This document shows positions 1-10,681 of a DNA stretch of 64,000 nucleotides, piece by piece; within the stretch, counting starts at the first letter, position 1, and each line of letters opens with the position of its first letter. The stretch is from Alphaproteobacteria bacterium. Lineage in GTDB: Bacteria; Pseudomonadota; Alphaproteobacteria; UBA9219. Under the pieces are notes generated by a model. It did not search any database, was not told where the DNA came from, and was given only the letters and a program-made list of their open reading frames with translations. The position numbers and the translations under genes were made by a program. The DNA lies in NCBI GenBank assembly GCA_033763555.1, contig JANRKK010000009.1:732-64731 (forward strand), in the 5' to 3' direction.

Positions 1-1
1 C

Positions 2-310
2 ATTCTCGATAACGGCATCGACGTCACGCTGGGCGATCAGGCGCAAGGCTTCACTGGCTTCATCAAGCGCGGCGATCTGGCGCGTGAGCGTTCCGAGCAG
101 AAGCCGGACCGTTTTGCGGTTGGTGAAAAGGTCGACGCCAAGATCACCAACATCGACAAAGGCACACGCAAGGTGACGCTGTCGATCAAGGCGCGCGAAG
201 TTGAAGAAGAAAAGCAGGCGATGGCCGAATACGGCTCGTCCGACTCGGGCGCTTCGCTGGGCGACATCCTTGGCGCTGCCATCAAGAAGGCGCAGAAGAA
301 ATCCGACTAA
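2..310 (+). CDS. rpsA: 30S ribosomal protein S1, C-terminal fragment (5' end outside window)
   Basis: Frame is open from the window edge to TAA 308-310. The translation ...VGEKVDAKITNIDKGTRKVTLSIKAREVEEEKQAMAEYGSSDSGASLGDILGAAIKKAQKKSD looks like the last S1 domain plus the Ser/acidic tail of alphaproteobacterial S1. It is absent from the ORF track because it has no start codon. Confidence 0.85.
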   Translation: MLDNGIDVTLGDQAQGFTGFIKRGDLARERSEQKPDRFAVGEKVDAKITNIDKGTRKVTLSIKAREVEEEKQAMAEYGSSDSGASLGDILGAAIKKAQKKSD

Positions 311-333
311 GCATGGCTGGCGCTATGGCCTGC

Positions 334-1239
334 CTAGAAGTTGCAGGCCATGGTTATGAAAAAGCCCCCCTGAACCCTTCTCTCCATTGGGGAGAAGCCG
401 TTCAGGGGAGCCTGCGCACCTCCTGCGGCCGTGAGGCTCAGGCCAGCGGCGGAATATTTCAAACCGCCCTGCGTCAAAGAGCTCATCTTATGTGGATTGC
501 CCAAAGCGACCTGCGAGACATACAAAGAAAGTCCCGGCATAACTTTGTCCAGATCCCACTCACGGGTGATACCGAGGGCGTGCCTTTTACGGCCCCTGTT
601 GAAATTGAAATCATCCGGAAACCCGTCGATTTCCGCAATCACGGAAGTTCCGTCGCCTATCCAGGAAAATCGGGCGCCGGAAGATGAATCTTTTTCCCGT
701 GTGGAATCGGATTTACGGATGCCGACGGGCGTCTCGAAGCTCCATTGCATACCGAGCAGGGAAATATTGGCCTTCACCCGGGGCATGGGTGGGTCGATAT
801 CTTTCCGGTCGTAATCGATATAAAAATTATCCTGCCCGTCATTTCCATTTTTGATGAACCCCAAATTTCCCGGAAGCATATTGAGATTGAGCGACCATGT
901 CAGTTCAAGAGGGGGAATGCCGCCATCAATCGAAATGCCTGGGGCATAACCATCCCCCCATTTACGGCTGAGGCTTAGGACATTTTGTAAAAAGGACGGA
1001 TCGGACTTGTCGTTTTGTGCCATAGGAACGGAAGCCGGGTTGGCCATGGAGGTGGGCGCGCCATGTGAAATTGTAATGGGTGGAATCCGTGCGATCTTGA
1101 CGCTGCGCTGCAAGGTCTGAATTCGTGCTGGAGGGGAGGATGTGTCCGGCGCATCATCGGCATAGGCGGCTCTGGAACAAAGCCCCTGCGCCAGGGCCAG
1201 AAACATCAAGGAAACTTTCTTAAGCGATAAATGTTTCAT
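334..1239 (-). CDS. hypothetical secreted protein, possible outer-membrane beta-barrel
   Basis: Track ORF 334..1290. The preferred start is ATG 1239, giving a signal-peptide-like MKHLSLKKVSLMFLALAQGLCSRAAYA. The C-terminus ...ITMACNF ends in Phe, as in many OMPs. No family recognised. Confidence 0.5.
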   Translation of the reverse strand: MKHLSLKKVSLMFLALAQGLCSRAAYADDAPDTSSPPARIQTLQRSVKIARIPPITISHGAPTSMANPASVPMAQNDKSDPSFLQNVLSLSRKWGDGYAPGISIDGGIPPLELTWSLNLNMLPGNLGFIKNGNDGQDNFYIDYDRKDIDPPMPRVKANISLLGMQWSFETPVGIRKSDSTREKDSSSGARFSWIGDGTSVIAEIDGFPDDFNFNRGRKRHALGITREWDLDKVMPGLSLYVSQVALGNPHKMSSLTQGGLKYSAAGLSLTAAGGAQAPLNGFSPMERRVQGGFFITMACNF

Positions 1240-1514
1240 ATTTATCGGTCTCCCGGCGGATAATGTCCGCCCGGTCAGGATATCATTCACAGCCCTGCCA
1301 TTAAAGAGTCACATGGATTAACCCTGTTTCTTGTCTTTAACCGTTGCCGGGCGGTCTCGCTCCCTTGTTTTGGGATATGGCCTATGGCGGGGGTTGGGGT
1401 AAAAAACACCTTGCCGCCCAAGGGGTTATGTTTGAGGCTGGCTTGACTCAGGGGGTTGGCTTTGGCAATTTGAAGCGACTCACCCTTTGTCTGCAACTGC
1501 CGGGGGAACCCGCT

Positions 1515-1814
1515 ATGACCAAATCCGATCTGATCCTGCGCCTGGCGGAGAAATACCCCCATCTGTTGCAGCGCGATATTGAACGCATCGTCAACACGGT
1601 TTTCGACGAAATCACCAACGCACTGGCCCGCAACAGCCGGGTCGAGCTGCGCGGCTTCGGTGCCTTCTCGGTCAAGAAGCGCGAAGCGCGCCAGGGCCGC
1701 AACCCACGCACGGGTCAGACCGTTTCCGTCGCCGAAAAATTCGTGCCTTTCTTCAAGACCGGGAAGCAGTTGCGCGACCGCTTGAACGGCATTGAAGGCA
1801 CGCAGGACGATTAA
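1515..1814 (+). CDS. ihfB: integration host factor subunit beta
   Basis: [70 protein letters not shown] is an HU/IHF fold of the IHF-beta type. The ATG at 1515 lies inside track ORF 1344..1814. The rpsA-ihfB neighbourhood is typical. Confidence 0.9.
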   Translation: MTKSDLILRLAEKYPHLLQRDIERIVNTVFDEITNALARNSRVELRGFGAFSVKKREARQGRNPRTGQTVSVAEKFVPFFKTGKQLRDRLNGIEGTQDD

Positions 1815-1857
1815 TGGCCAGGCCGCAAGCCTCTTGCAGCTTGAGACCAGAAAATAA

Positions 1858-2214
1858 ATGAAACTTCTTTCCAGTCTTATCGGCCTTGTCATTCTGCTGT
1901 TGGCGCTGGCATTTGCCGTGACCAACCGCCAGCCTGTTGCCCTCAATTTATGGCCGTTTGACCTGGTGGTGCAGGCGCCCCTTTCTTTCCTGTCGCTCGG
2001 CACATTTCTGTTTGGGCTTTTGGTGGGTGCGGTGTTTGCCTGGTTCCACATGATCCCGCAACGGCTGGCCGCGCGCCGCATGCGCAAGGATTTTGCGAAG
2101 TTGCAGGATAAAATCGACGATCTGCAGCAAAGCGCCATGATGCCGGAAGACCGCGATGGTGCCTTTCTGCTTTCCGGCCCCGCGCGTGGCTGGCGTTTCT
2201 GGAGACGGACATGA
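1858..2214 (+). CDS. LapA/DUF1049-type inner-membrane protein
   Basis: 118 aa with two N-terminal TM helices followed by a charged helical tail (RRMRKDFAKLQDKIDDLQQ). A position just after ihfB is typical for this family in alphaproteobacteria. Confidence 0.6.
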   Translation: MKLLSSLIGLVILLLALAFAVTNRQPVALNLWPFDLVVQAPLSFLSLGTFLFGLLVGAVFAWFHMIPQRLAARRMRKDFAKLQDKIDDLQQSAMMPEDRDGAFLLSGPARGWRFWRRT

Positions 2215-2909
2215 GTGGCAATCCGGTTTTCTGTTCCATCGATACGTCGGACGCCGTCAAAGCCAAAGCGCTGGCCGAGCAGTTGCGCGGGCATGTGCAT
2301 GGGCTGAAGCTCGGTCTTGAATTTTTTCTGGCGCAGGGGGCGGAAGGTTTCCGCGCCGTTGCCGCGCAGGGCGCGCCGATGTTCCTCGACCTCAAGCTGC
2401 ATGACATTCCCAACACGGTCGCAGGTGCCGTGCATTCCGTTCTGCCGCTGAAACCCGCTTTTCTTACGCTGCATACGGCAGGCGGCGCGGGCATGATGCG
2501 CGCGGCCGCCGAAGCCGCCGCGAAAGCCGGAGCCGCACGGCCCAAGCTGCTGGGCGTGACGGTGCTGACCAGCCTGGACGCGCAAGATCTTGCATCTGTC
2601 GGGCAGGGCAGCGATACGGAGCAGCAGGTCACGCGCCTTGCCAAACTCGCGAAAGACAGCGGTCTGGACGGTGTTGTCTGCTCGCCGGAGGAAGTGAAGG
2701 CGTTGCGGCAAGCGCTTGGCCCCGATTTCATCCTCATGGTGCCCGGTATTCGGCCCCAATGGGCGGCGGCGAATGACCAGAAACGTTTTATGACACCGCG
2801 CGACGCCATGGCAGCGGGCGCAACCTATCTGGTGATCGGGCGGCCTATCACCGGGGCCGATAATCCTGCCGAAGCCGCGCAGAAAATCGCATCCGAACTG
2901 GCGGCATGA
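2211..2909 (+). CDS. pyrF: orotidine 5'-phosphate decarboxylase
   Basis: 232 aa with CSIDTSD...LKLGLEFF...FLDLKLHDIPNTV...LTLH...GVTVLTS...VIGRPIT, the OMP decarboxylase signature. It overlaps the upstream gene by 4 nt. Confidence 0.92.
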   Translation: MSGNPVFCSIDTSDAVKAKALAEQLRGHVHGLKLGLEFFLAQGAEGFRAVAAQGAPMFLDLKLHDIPNTVAGAVHSVLPLKPAFLTLHTAGGAGMMRAAAEAAAKAGAARPKLLGVTVLTSLDAQDLASVGQGSDTEQQVTRLAKLAKDSGLDGVVCSPEEVKALRQALGPDFILMVPGIRPQWAAANDQKRFMTPRDAMAAGATYLVIGRPITGADNPAEAAQKIASELAA

Positions 2910-3553
2910 GTATCGGCGTCAAAATCTGTGGCATCAGGGACAGGGAAGCGTTGCAAGCCGCCATGGAATCCGGCGCATCCTATGTCGGTTTTGTTTTTTA
3001 CCCGTCCTCCAAACGTTATATCCGGCCGGAAGAGGCCGCTACTCTCGTCGCGGAGGTTCCGCGTTCCATCAAGCGCGTCGGCCTGTTTGTCGATCCGGAC
3101 GATGATACGCTGCGTAACGCATTGCAGCATGTGCCGCTCGATCTTCTACAGCTGCATGGCAAGGAAACGCCGGGTCGCATTGCGAAATTGCGCAGCCTTC
3201 TGAATCTGCCCGTTATGAAAGCCATCGCTCTGGCGGGGCCCGAGGATTTGCAACCTGTCGCGGCTTATGAAGAAATTGCCGACCGTCTGTTGTTCGATAC
3301 GCGCATCGGCGAAAGTTTCGGTGGTTCCGGGCAGAGCTTTGACTGGAAAATCATGCAGACCCGCAATTTCAAAAAACCCTGGATGCTGGCGGGAGGATTA
3401 AATGTCGGTAATCTGGCGGAAGCGGTTCAGGTCACAGGTGCCCGGATTGTCGATGTCTCTTCAGGTGTCGAAGATGTGCCGGGACAGAAAAGCCCCGCCA
3501 AAATCCGCGAATTTATCGCATTGGCTAAAACTCTCTCGGTTGGTATGCTGTAA
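2906..3553 (+). CDS. trpF: N-(5'-phosphoribosyl)anthranilate isomerase
   Basis: 215 aa with MSIGVKICGIRDREALQAAMESGASYVGFVFYPSSKRYI...LQLHG...WMLAGGLN...VDVSSGVE, the PRAI signature. ATGA overlap with pyrF. Confidence 0.9.
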   Translation: MSIGVKICGIRDREALQAAMESGASYVGFVFYPSSKRYIRPEEAATLVAEVPRSIKRVGLFVDPDDDTLRNALQHVPLDLLQLHGKETPGRIAKLRSLLNLPVMKAIALAGPEDLQPVAAYEEIADRLLFDTRIGESFGGSGQSFDWKIMQTRNFKKPWMLAGGLNVGNLAEAVQVTGARIVDVSSGVEDVPGQKSPAKIREFIALAKTLSVGML

Positions 3554-3554
3554 T

Positions 3555-3983
3555 ATGAAAATTTCTGGAGTTCGTATGATGAGCAGATGGCCTGCATTGT
3601 TTCTGATGGTATGCGCCATAATTATTGTCTGTTTCCCCGCAGCGGCGGAAAAAATCAGCGACCTTAATAAAAAACTGCCGATCGCCGGAGTCCTGAAAGT
3701 TGAGGGGCATGTTGTAAAGATATACAAATGCCCCCCATGTCCTCCGCCCGGCCAGTGCAAGCCGTGTATGGGAGACAACATCGTTATATCAGAGAACAAC
3801 AAGCTTATAGATGACTATTCTGGCCTCACTTCCAAAGAGATGGTAATTTTCATTCACCCCGGTGATGCGGAGAAACTTGTTCCCGGAGAATACTATTTTT
3901 TTTCTGTTAAAATTCTTGACCGCAAGAGCACCGGGGTGCCGCTTAACGACGTCGAGTTAGTCTCTTTCGACAAACGACACTAA
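3555..3983 (+). CDS. small secreted hypothetical protein with CPPCPPPGQCKPC motif
   Basis: ATG 3555 lies in frame within track ORF 3402..3983, 1 nt after the trpF stop. MKISGVRMMSRWPALFLMVCAIIIVCFPAAA is signal-like. The segment is visibly AT-richer than its flanks. No family recognised. Confidence 0.5.
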   Translation: MKISGVRMMSRWPALFLMVCAIIIVCFPAAAEKISDLNKKLPIAGVLKVEGHVVKIYKCPPCPPPGQCKPCMGDNIVISENNKLIDDYSGLTSKEMVIFIHPGDAEKLVPGEYYFFSVKILDRKSTGVPLNDVELVSFDKRH

Positions 3984-4477
3984 TTAAAAACCTCATCTGC
4001 ATAAGTGCCCCAGAAATCGCTTTTGGGCAGGTAGCCTTTCGCACCTTCAAATTTCAAACGGCACCATTCCGGCTTGCAGGACAGAATTTGCCCCATAGCT
4101 CCAGTTTCCAGATGCGCGGTAATGGGCGATTGCGGGTTGTCGTCGCGCCGTAATTCCCGTCCCTTTCCGGTCACGATCGCCATGCGCCGTCCGGACAGGT
4201 TGCTTTTATGCACCCAGCCCTCGCTGCCATCCGGGTCGCGGATGCGCCGCCAGATTTCATATTCCGCCGTAATCTCCACGGGCAAGCCGTGGCGCGTGAA
4301 AACCCATTCGATAGGATAGCGTGTGCCGGGCCCTGTGCGCATATTGACTTCGTTGCTGCGCAGCGACGCAAAGCGCGGCAGCGGCAGGCCCGAAGCCCCC
4401 AGGCCTTCATCATCATTTTCGCTGGCGGCATTTGCGAGTCCCGAACACAGTGCAAGACATACGATAACAAGCGTCAT
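3980..4477 (-). CDS. SH3 domain-containing protein (bacterial SH3-like, DUF1058 type)
   Basis: GLPLPRFASLRSNEVNMRTGPGTRYPIEWVFTRHGLPVEITAEYEIWRRIRDPDGSEGWVHKSNLSG followed by a second SH3-like half. I prefer the start at ATG 4477 (MTLVIVCLALCSGLANA signal), because the upstream part of track ORF 3980..4561 is a translated repeat element (IPAFAGMT). Confidence 0.75.
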   Translation of the reverse strand: MTLVIVCLALCSGLANAASENDDEGLGASGLPLPRFASLRSNEVNMRTGPGTRYPIEWVFTRHGLPVEITAEYEIWRRIRDPDGSEGWVHKSNLSGRRMAIVTGKGRELRRDDNPQSPITAHLETGAMGQILSCKPEWCRLKFEGAKGYLPKSDFWGTYADEVFN

Positions 4478-4550
4478 TCCCGCGAAAGCGGGAATCCATT
4501 TTCTGGATTTACCATCGGTAGATGGATGCCCGCCTGCGCAGGCATGACGC
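4471..4550. repeat. REP/MITE-like palindromic element
   Basis: GCGTCATTCCCGCGAAAGCGGGAATCCATTTTCTGGATT...GCCTGCGCAGGCATGACGC. The terminal inverted repeat is GCGTCAT/ATGACGC. Internal hairpins are TCCCGC-GAAA-GCGGGA, AATCCA-TTTTC-TGGATT and the palindrome GCCTGCGCAGGC. Translating it gives the classic artefact peptides VIPAKAGI and PAFAGMT. Confidence 0.7.
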
Positions 4551-4557
4551 CTAAAAT

Positions 4558-5688
4558 TCATCGCTTCTCCTCAATATCACCCCACGCCTGTTCTTCATAA
4601 AAACCCGCCGCGAAATCATCGAGCTGTTTGGCCTCAATGGCCTCGCGCAATTCGCGCATCAGCTCCTGATAATAATGCAGGTTATGCCAGCTGAGAAGCA
4701 TCGGCCCCAGCATTTCCCCGGTGCGGAACAGGTGATGCAGATAGGCGCGTGAATGATTGCGGCAGGCGGGGCAGGCGCATTGTTCGTCGAGCGGACGCGG
4801 ATCGTCCTGATGTCGCGCGTTGCGCATATTTACAGCGCCGCGCCGCGTTAGACCCTGCCCGGTGCGTCCGGAACGCGTCGGGATGACACAGTCGAACATA
4901 TCGATGCCACGCTGAACCGCGCCGACAATATCATCGGGCCAGCCGACACCCATCAGATAGCGCGGTTTGTCCGTGGGCAGGTGCGGCACCGTCGCATCCA
5001 GCATCTGGAACATAAGTTCCTGCCCCTCGCCGACCGACAGTCCACCGATGCCATAGCCGTCGAAACCGATCTGTTTCAGAGCTTCAGCGGATTCCTTGCG
5101 CAAATCGCCATACATGCCGCCCTGATTAATGCCGAACAGGGCATAGCCTGCGCGCGGCACAAAGGCTTTTTTGCAACGTTCAGCCCAGCGCATCGAAAGC
5201 CGCATGGATTGCGCGGTTTGTTCCTGTGTTGCGGGGTGTGGCGTGCATTCGTCGAAACACATGGTGATGTCGGCGTCGAGGTCATGCTGGATCTGCATCG
5301 AGCGTTCCGGCGTCAGCTCATATTTCGTGCCGTCGATGTGGGAGCGGAAGGTCACGCCATTTTCGTCGAGATCGCGCAGGGCCGACAGCGACATCACCTG
5401 ATAGCCGCCGGAATCGGTAATGATCGGCCCAGGCCAGTTCATGAATGTATGCAAACCGCCCAGAGCTGCCACACGCTCCGCGCCGGGCCGCAACATCAGA
5501 TGATAGGTGTTGGCGATCAGAAGTTCGGTGCCCGTGGCGCGGACGGCATCGACGGGCATGGCCTTGACCGTCGCGGCGGTTGCCGTGCCCATGAAGCAGG
5601 GGGTTTCAAAGCTGCCATGCGCCGTGGTGACGCGTCCGCGCCGCGCCGCGGTATCGGTGGCGACAAGATCAAAATGGAAAGCGTTCAT
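4558..5688 (-). CDS. tgt: tRNA-guanine(34) transglycosylase (queuine tRNA-ribosyltransferase)
   Basis: 376 aa with [28 protein letters not shown]...TDSGGYQV...NQGG...LMGVGWPDD...[12 protein letters not shown] and the C-terminal zinc site CACPAC...H. Confidence 0.93.
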   Translation of the reverse strand: MNAFHFDLVATDTAARRGRVTTAHGSFETPCFMGTATAATVKAMPVDAVRATGTELLIANTYHLMLRPGAERVAALGGLHTFMNWPGPIITDSGGYQVMSLSALRDLDENGVTFRSHIDGTKYELTPERSMQIQHDLDADITMCFDECTPHPATQEQTAQSMRLSMRWAERCKKAFVPRAGYALFGINQGGMYGDLRKESAEALKQIGFDGYGIGGLSVGEGQELMFQMLDATVPHLPTDKPRYLMGVGWPDDIVGAVQRGIDMFDCVIPTRSGRTGQGLTRRGAVNMRNARHQDDPRPLDEQCACPACRNHSRAYLHHLFRTGEMLGPMLLSWHNLHYYQELMRELREAIEAKQLDDFAAGFYEEQAWGDIEEKR

Positions 5689-5700
5689 CGTCCCGCAGCG

Positions 5701-8700
5701 TCAGGCCCGGAGGGCGTTAAGCTGATGGCTGGCCAGGCTCAGCATGGCGATATCCACCGCGCCTGCGCCGCGCCATTCATTCAGCAGCGCGTCATAGCGC
5801 TCGATGGCGTTGGCATGCCGCTTGAGCCATTGGGCGATTTTCTCGGCGGCATCAGCGGATTTTTTATCGCGCGCCTTGCCGACCACGGCATGGGTCAGGC
5901 GGCGCTGCGCTGCCGCCAGCTCATCCACCAGCGCTACAACCGCGTCGCGCTGCCAGGGGGTTTGCACAGCGACATTACGCGCCTGTTCCGACAGCCAGTC
6001 AAAACCGAGCCTTTGGCCAAGGCCAAAAAACACGCCTGCGACCAGACCCATGCTGCCGCTCGATTGTTGAGACAGGCGGGTCAGGTCCAGCGCGGTCGCC
6101 AGCGCAGGCATCATTGCCATGCGGCGCGCCAGCGCTTCCGGTGCGCCCTTTGCAGCCAGTTCGCTTTCAGTCTTGCGGTAGCGGCCATTGATTTCGGCCG
6201 GGCATTTCTCCAGCCAGGAGGCCAGGCTCTCCACGCCCTTGCGGTAGGTTTCCATCACAGGCGCCAGATTGGAGGAAGGCAGGCTGATTTCTGTCAGGAA
6301 CCACAGAACCGAACTGACCAGAACCTGCCGGATGACCAGCAGCATATGAGTCTGGGTTTTTGCCGGAACCTGATTGTCGAGTGCATCGATATCCTCCCAC
6401 AAAGTGCGCAGGCCGAAGGCTTCGCGCGCCAGAAGATAGGCGCGCATCACCGTCGCGGGGTCTTGTCCCGTGCGGTCGGCCATCATCATGACGAAGGCGC
6501 TGCCCGTGCTGTTGGTCACGCTGTTGGTGACCGAGGTGGCGATGATTTCGCGTTGCAGCGGATGCTGCTGGATTTCTTTCGGGTATTTTTTCTGCAGCGC
6601 TTCGGGGAAATAGCGCATCAGATCATTCTGCAGATAGGCATCGTCCGGCAGATCGGAACCCAGTAATTGTTGGTACAGCCAGATCTTGGCATAGGCCAGC
6701 AGAACAGCCATTTCCGGGCGGGTCAGGCCCTTGCCTGCGCGTTGGCGCTCGGCGATCTCGGCGCTGTGCGGCAGGAATTCCAGATCGCGGTTCAGAAGCC
6801 CCGCTTTTTCCAGAATATGCATGCAGCGCACATGCAGCGGCAGAAGCTCCGGCGCGCGTTCTTCGGAAACCGACAGGGTCTGCGTCTGATAGTAATTATC
6901 CTGCAGAACCAGCTTCGCGACATCATCCGTCATGCTGCGCAGCAATTTGTTGCGCGCCTCGATCGTCAACTGGCCCTTATCGACCAGCTTGCGGAGAAGG
7001 ATTTTGATATTCACTTCATGGTCGGAGGTATCAACGCCCGCCGAATTGTCGATGGCGTCGGTGTTGATGCGTCCACCCTTCAGGGCATACTCAATGCGCG
7101 CCCGTTGCGTGAAGCCCAGATTGGCGCCTTCGCCAACCACCTGCGCGCGCAGGTCGGTGGCATCGATACGGAGCGGTTCCGTAACGCGGTCGCCGACTTC
7201 TTCATGTGTTTCATCGCTGGCTTTGACGAAGGTGCCAATGCCGCCGAAATACAGCAATTCAACCTCGGCCTTGAGCATCGCCTGAATCAGATCGGCAGGC
7301 GCCAGGCTGTCGGCGCTGATGCCATAGGCTTTCTTCATTTGCGGCGTCAGCCTGATGATTTTTTCCGAACGCGCAAAAATGCCGCCGCCCTTCGAGATTT
7401 TCTTGGCGTCGTAATCTCCCCAGCTGCTGCGCGGCAGGGCAAACATCCGCAGACGTTCGGCATAGCTTTCGGCCGTATCGGGATCGGGGTCGCAGAAAAT
7501 ATGGCGATGGTCGAAGGCGCCGAGCAGGCGGGTATGTTTCGACAGCAGCATACCATTGCCGAAAACATCGCCTGACATGTCGCCAACACCGATGCAGGTG
7601 AAATCCTTGGTCTGGATGTCTTTGCCGATTTCGCGGAAATGGCGCTTGACGGCTTCCCACGCGCCGCGCGCGGTAATGGCCATCTGCTTGTGGTCGTAAC
7701 CCGCCGAGCCGCCCGAAGCGAAAGCATCATCCAGCCAGAAGCCGTATTCCTGCGAGATGCTGTTGGCGATGTCGGAGAAGCGCGCTGTGCCCTTGTCCGC
7801 CGCGACGACCAGATAGGGATCGTCATCGTCATGCCGCACAACCCGCGCCGGGGGAATGATGCGGTTGCCTTGGCGGTTGTCGGTCACATCCAGCAGGCCC
7901 TGCATCATGACGCGGTAGCAGGCGATGCCTTCGGCCTGATGCTTGTCCGCTTCCGGCGAGGGCCGCTTGACGATAAAGCCGCCCTTCGAGCCGACGGGTA
8001 CAATGACACTGTTCTTCACCATCTGCGCCTTCATCAGGCCGAGAATTTCGTTGCGGAAATCATCGCGGCGGTCGGACCAGCGGATGCCGCCGCGCGCGAC
8101 CTTGCCGCCGCGCAGATGCACGGCTTCCATTTGCGGGCTGTGGACGAAAATTTCATACAGCGGCTTGGGTAATGGCATGAACTCAATCGCCCGGCTGTCG
8201 AACTTGATTGACAGGTAGGGCTTCGGCTGGCCGTCCTTGGCGGTCTGGAAATAATTGGTACGCAGCGACGCCTGTACGAGGTTGAGGTAGCGGCGGATAA
8301 TCCGGTCTTCTTCCAACACCTCCACCTTCGCCAACGCTTCCTGAATGCCCGCTTCCAGCGTACGGCAGCGTGCCGTGCGGTCGCCTTTCAGGTCGGGATT
8401 ATGGCGTGCGAAGAACAGGGCATAGATCTGCTGCGCGACTTGCGGGTGCGCAAGGAAAGTGCCCGCGATCATTTCATGGCTGTAGGGAATACGCAGCTGG
8501 CGGAGATAGCGTGCCAGGGCCCGCATCATGACCACTTCGCGCCAGGGCATGCCCGCGCGCAGCACCAGACTGTTGAAGGCATCATTCTCGACATCGCCTG
8601 TCCAGACCTTGCCGAAAGCTTCCTCGAACACAGGCTTTACATGACGTAGATCGGTGATCGGCGCATAGGCGGGGCGGCCGACAAATTCATGGATAAAGAC

Positions 8701-10557
8701 GGGCTTCTCGCTGTCACGCGGCTTCACTTCATAAGGGCCGCCTGTATATTCAATCCGCAGCCCCATATTTTCGATCAGCGGCAAGACTTCTGACAGCGCG
8801 ATGGGCCGTTCCGGCTGGAAAAGCTTGAGATGCAGAAGCCCTGTGGCGGCATCCGGCGACAAATCGACGACCATAGCGCCCGAGGATTTGGCGCAGCGTT
8901 CCAGATTCTGAATGTCATGCACGGCGATCGCGGGCCTTACGACGTCGCGGTAGGCCAGCGGGAAAGCCTCGCCATAACGGCGCAGCAATCCGAGTGTCGC
9001 CGCCTCGCCATGTCCCTTCACCAGACAGTCGCGCAGACGGTCAGCCCAGTTGCGGCAAATCTCGCGCAGTTCGGTTTCCAGTTTTTCAACATCCGGACGC
9101 GGCGAGTTGGGCTTGAGCAGCAAGGTGATAAAGGCGCGCGCCAGCAAGCTGTCATCCAGCCGCACATTCCAGTCATCCGCCTTGCCGTCGAACGCTTTCT
9201 CTAGCAGATCCTGGAATTTCAGGCGCAAAGCGGAATCATACCGCTCGCGCGGCACATAAATCAGGCAGGTAACAAAGCGTTCAAACGGGTCGCGTCGGAC
9301 GAACAGCGCAACATGCGCACGCTCCTGAAGTTGGAGGATGCCAAGGCTGTTGCCCAGCAGATCTTCCTCGCTGATCTGGAACAGCTCGTCATGCGGATAA
9401 TTGTTCAGAATATGGGCCAGCGCCTTTCCGGCATGGCCCGCCGGATTGAAATTGGCTTTTTTCAGCACATAATCGATCTTGCGGCGGAGGAAGGGAATTT
9501 CACGCGGCGTCTCGGAATAGGATTGCGAGGTGAAGAGTCCGACGAACAGGCGTTCGCCGATAATATCGCCCTTGGTGTCGAAGCGGCGGATGAAAATCGC
9601 ATCCATCGGCACCGGGCGATGAACCCGTGAGCGCTGGTTGGTCTTGGTGACGACCAGAAGATGATGCTGACGGACATAGCGTTGCAGCGTCGGCGTTTTT
9701 TCAGCATTCAGCGCACGCAACCCACCGAACATTTTCACACTGGGATCACGCAGAACGCCCAGACCGCTATCTTTCAGGACGCGAATGCTTTCCAGCTTGC
9801 CGTTCTTTTGCACCAGATCGATGTCGCGATAACCGAGGTAGGTAAAATTATTGTCGTCCAGCCAGCGCATGAAAGCCTTGGCTTCCTCGGTGTTTTCGGC
9901 GGCGGATTCCTGATGCTTCGAGGCGGCGGCCTGCTCAATGGCTTCTTTTATGCGCTTGCGCATCACGGGCCAGTCCTCGACCGCGGCGCGCACGTCGTTC
10001 AGCACTTCGCGGATTTCGCCTTCGATCTCCCGTAGAAGATCGGCGTCGAGGCAGTGATCGAACTGGATATGCATGAAGGATTCGGCTTGCACGCTTCCGA
10101 CGGGGGCACTGCCCGGCTTCCCGCCTGCGCTGACGAGGTTGAGCAGATTGCCCTTGGCGTCGCGGCGCACTTGCAGAACCGGATGAATAACCAGATGAAC
10201 GACAAGGCCGCGCTTCTGCAAAGCGCCGCTGACGGAATCAACCAGGAAAGGCATATCGTCATTGACGATTTCCAGAACCGTATGGTCGATCGTCCAGCCA
10301 TCCGCGACAGGCGAAGGGTTGAAGAGGCGGAGCTTGGCACTACCCGGCTTGCGCTGTTGGCCCAGCTGCCACATGGAGGCTGCCATGCCTTCGCGGTCGT
10401 TGGCCGAAAACAGGGCCATGTCCGCTTTCATGACATGCGCGTAAAAGGAACGGGTGAAATCGGCGGGTGCGGGCGTAAAGGAGGGCGAGGAAGATTTGGA
10501 CGGGCGCGTTTTCGCGGCAGGACGGCTCGTTTTCTTTTTCGGCATATGTCGCCCCAT
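5701..10557 (-). CDS. gdhZ: NAD-specific glutamate dehydrogenase (large Bac_GDH type)
   Basis: A single 1618-aa ORF. The central catalytic region (VHLRGGKVARGGIRWSDR...KAQMVKNSVIVPVGSKGGF...VVAADKGTA...IGVGDMSGDVFGNGML) and the overall size match the ~180-kDa NAD-GDH family. Confidence 0.93.
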   Translation of the reverse strand: MGRHMPKKKTSRPAAKTRPSKSSSPSFTPAPADFTRSFYAHVMKADMALFSANDREGMAASMWQLGQQRKPGSAKLRLFNPSPVADGWTIDHTVLEIVNDDMPFLVDSVSGALQKRGLVVHLVIHPVLQVRRDAKGNLLNLVSAGGKPGSAPVGSVQAESFMHIQFDHCLDADLLREIEGEIREVLNDVRAAVEDWPVMRKRIKEAIEQAAASKHQESAAENTEEAKAFMRWLDDNNFTYLGYRDIDLVQKNGKLESIRVLKDSGLGVLRDPSVKMFGGLRALNAEKTPTLQRYVRQHHLLVVTKTNQRSRVHRPVPMDAIFIRRFDTKGDIIGERLFVGLFTSQSYSETPREIPFLRRKIDYVLKKANFNPAGHAGKALAHILNNYPHDELFQISEEDLLGNSLGILQLQERAHVALFVRRDPFERFVTCLIYVPRERYDSALRLKFQDLLEKAFDGKADDWNVRLDDSLLARAFITLLLKPNSPRPDVEKLETELREICRNWADRLRDCLVKGHGEAATLGLLRRYGEAFPLAYRDVVRPAIAVHDIQNLERCAKSSGAMVVDLSPDAATGLLHLKLFQPERPIALSEVLPLIENMGLRIEYTGGPYEVKPRDSEKPVFIHEFVGRPAYAPITDLRHVKPVFEEAFGKVWTGDVENDAFNSLVLRAGMPWREVVMMRALARYLRQLRIPYSHEMIAGTFLAHPQVAQQIYALFFARHNPDLKGDRTARCRTLEAGIQEALAKVEVLEEDRIIRRYLNLVQASLRTNYFQTAKDGQPKPYLSIKFDSRAIEFMPLPKPLYEIFVHSPQMEAVHLRGGKVARGGIRWSDRRDDFRNEILGLMKAQMVKNSVIVPVGSKGGFIVKRPSPEADKHQAEGIACYRVMMQGLLDVTDNRQGNRIIPPARVVRHDDDDPYLVVAADKGTARFSDIANSISQEYGFWLDDAFASGGSAGYDHKQMAITARGAWEAVKRHFREIGKDIQTKDFTCIGVGDMSGDVFGNGMLLSKHTRLLGAFDHRHIFCDPDPDTAESYAERLRMFALPRSSWGDYDAKKISKGGGIFARSEKIIRLTPQMKKAYGISADSLAPADLIQAMLKAEVELLYFGGIGTFVKASDETHEEVGDRVTEPLRIDATDLRAQVVGEGANLGFTQRARIEYALKGGRINTDAIDNSAGVDTSDHEVNIKILLRKLVDKGQLTIEARNKLLRSMTDDVAKLVLQDNYYQTQTLSVSEERAPELLPLHVRCMHILEKAGLLNRDLEFLPHSAEIAERQRAGKGLTRPEMAVLLAYAKIWLYQQLLGSDLPDDAYLQNDLMRYFPEALQKKYPKEIQQHPLQREIIATSVTNSVTNSTGSAFVMMMADRTGQDPATVMRAYLLAREAFGLRTLWEDIDALDNQVPAKTQTHMLLVIRQVLVSSVLWFLTEISLPSSNLAPVMETYRKGVESLASWLEKCPAEINGRYRKTESELAAKGAPEALARRMAMMPALATALDLTRLSQQSSGSMGLVAGVFFGLGQRLGFDWLSEQARNVAVQTPWQRDAVVALVDELAAAQRRLTHAVVGKARDKKSADAAEKIAQWLKRHANAIERYDALLNEWRGAGAVDIAMLSLASHQLNALRA

Positions 10558-10681
10558 ATCAATCCGCTCCAGGCAATCCGGCAGGACAGGCGCGAACCTA
10601 AACCTCGCAGGGAGTCAGGTCAATAAAGGCTTGAATTGCTTCGCAAATGCGAAGGCCCGATGCCTGTTCGGGACTGTGTGC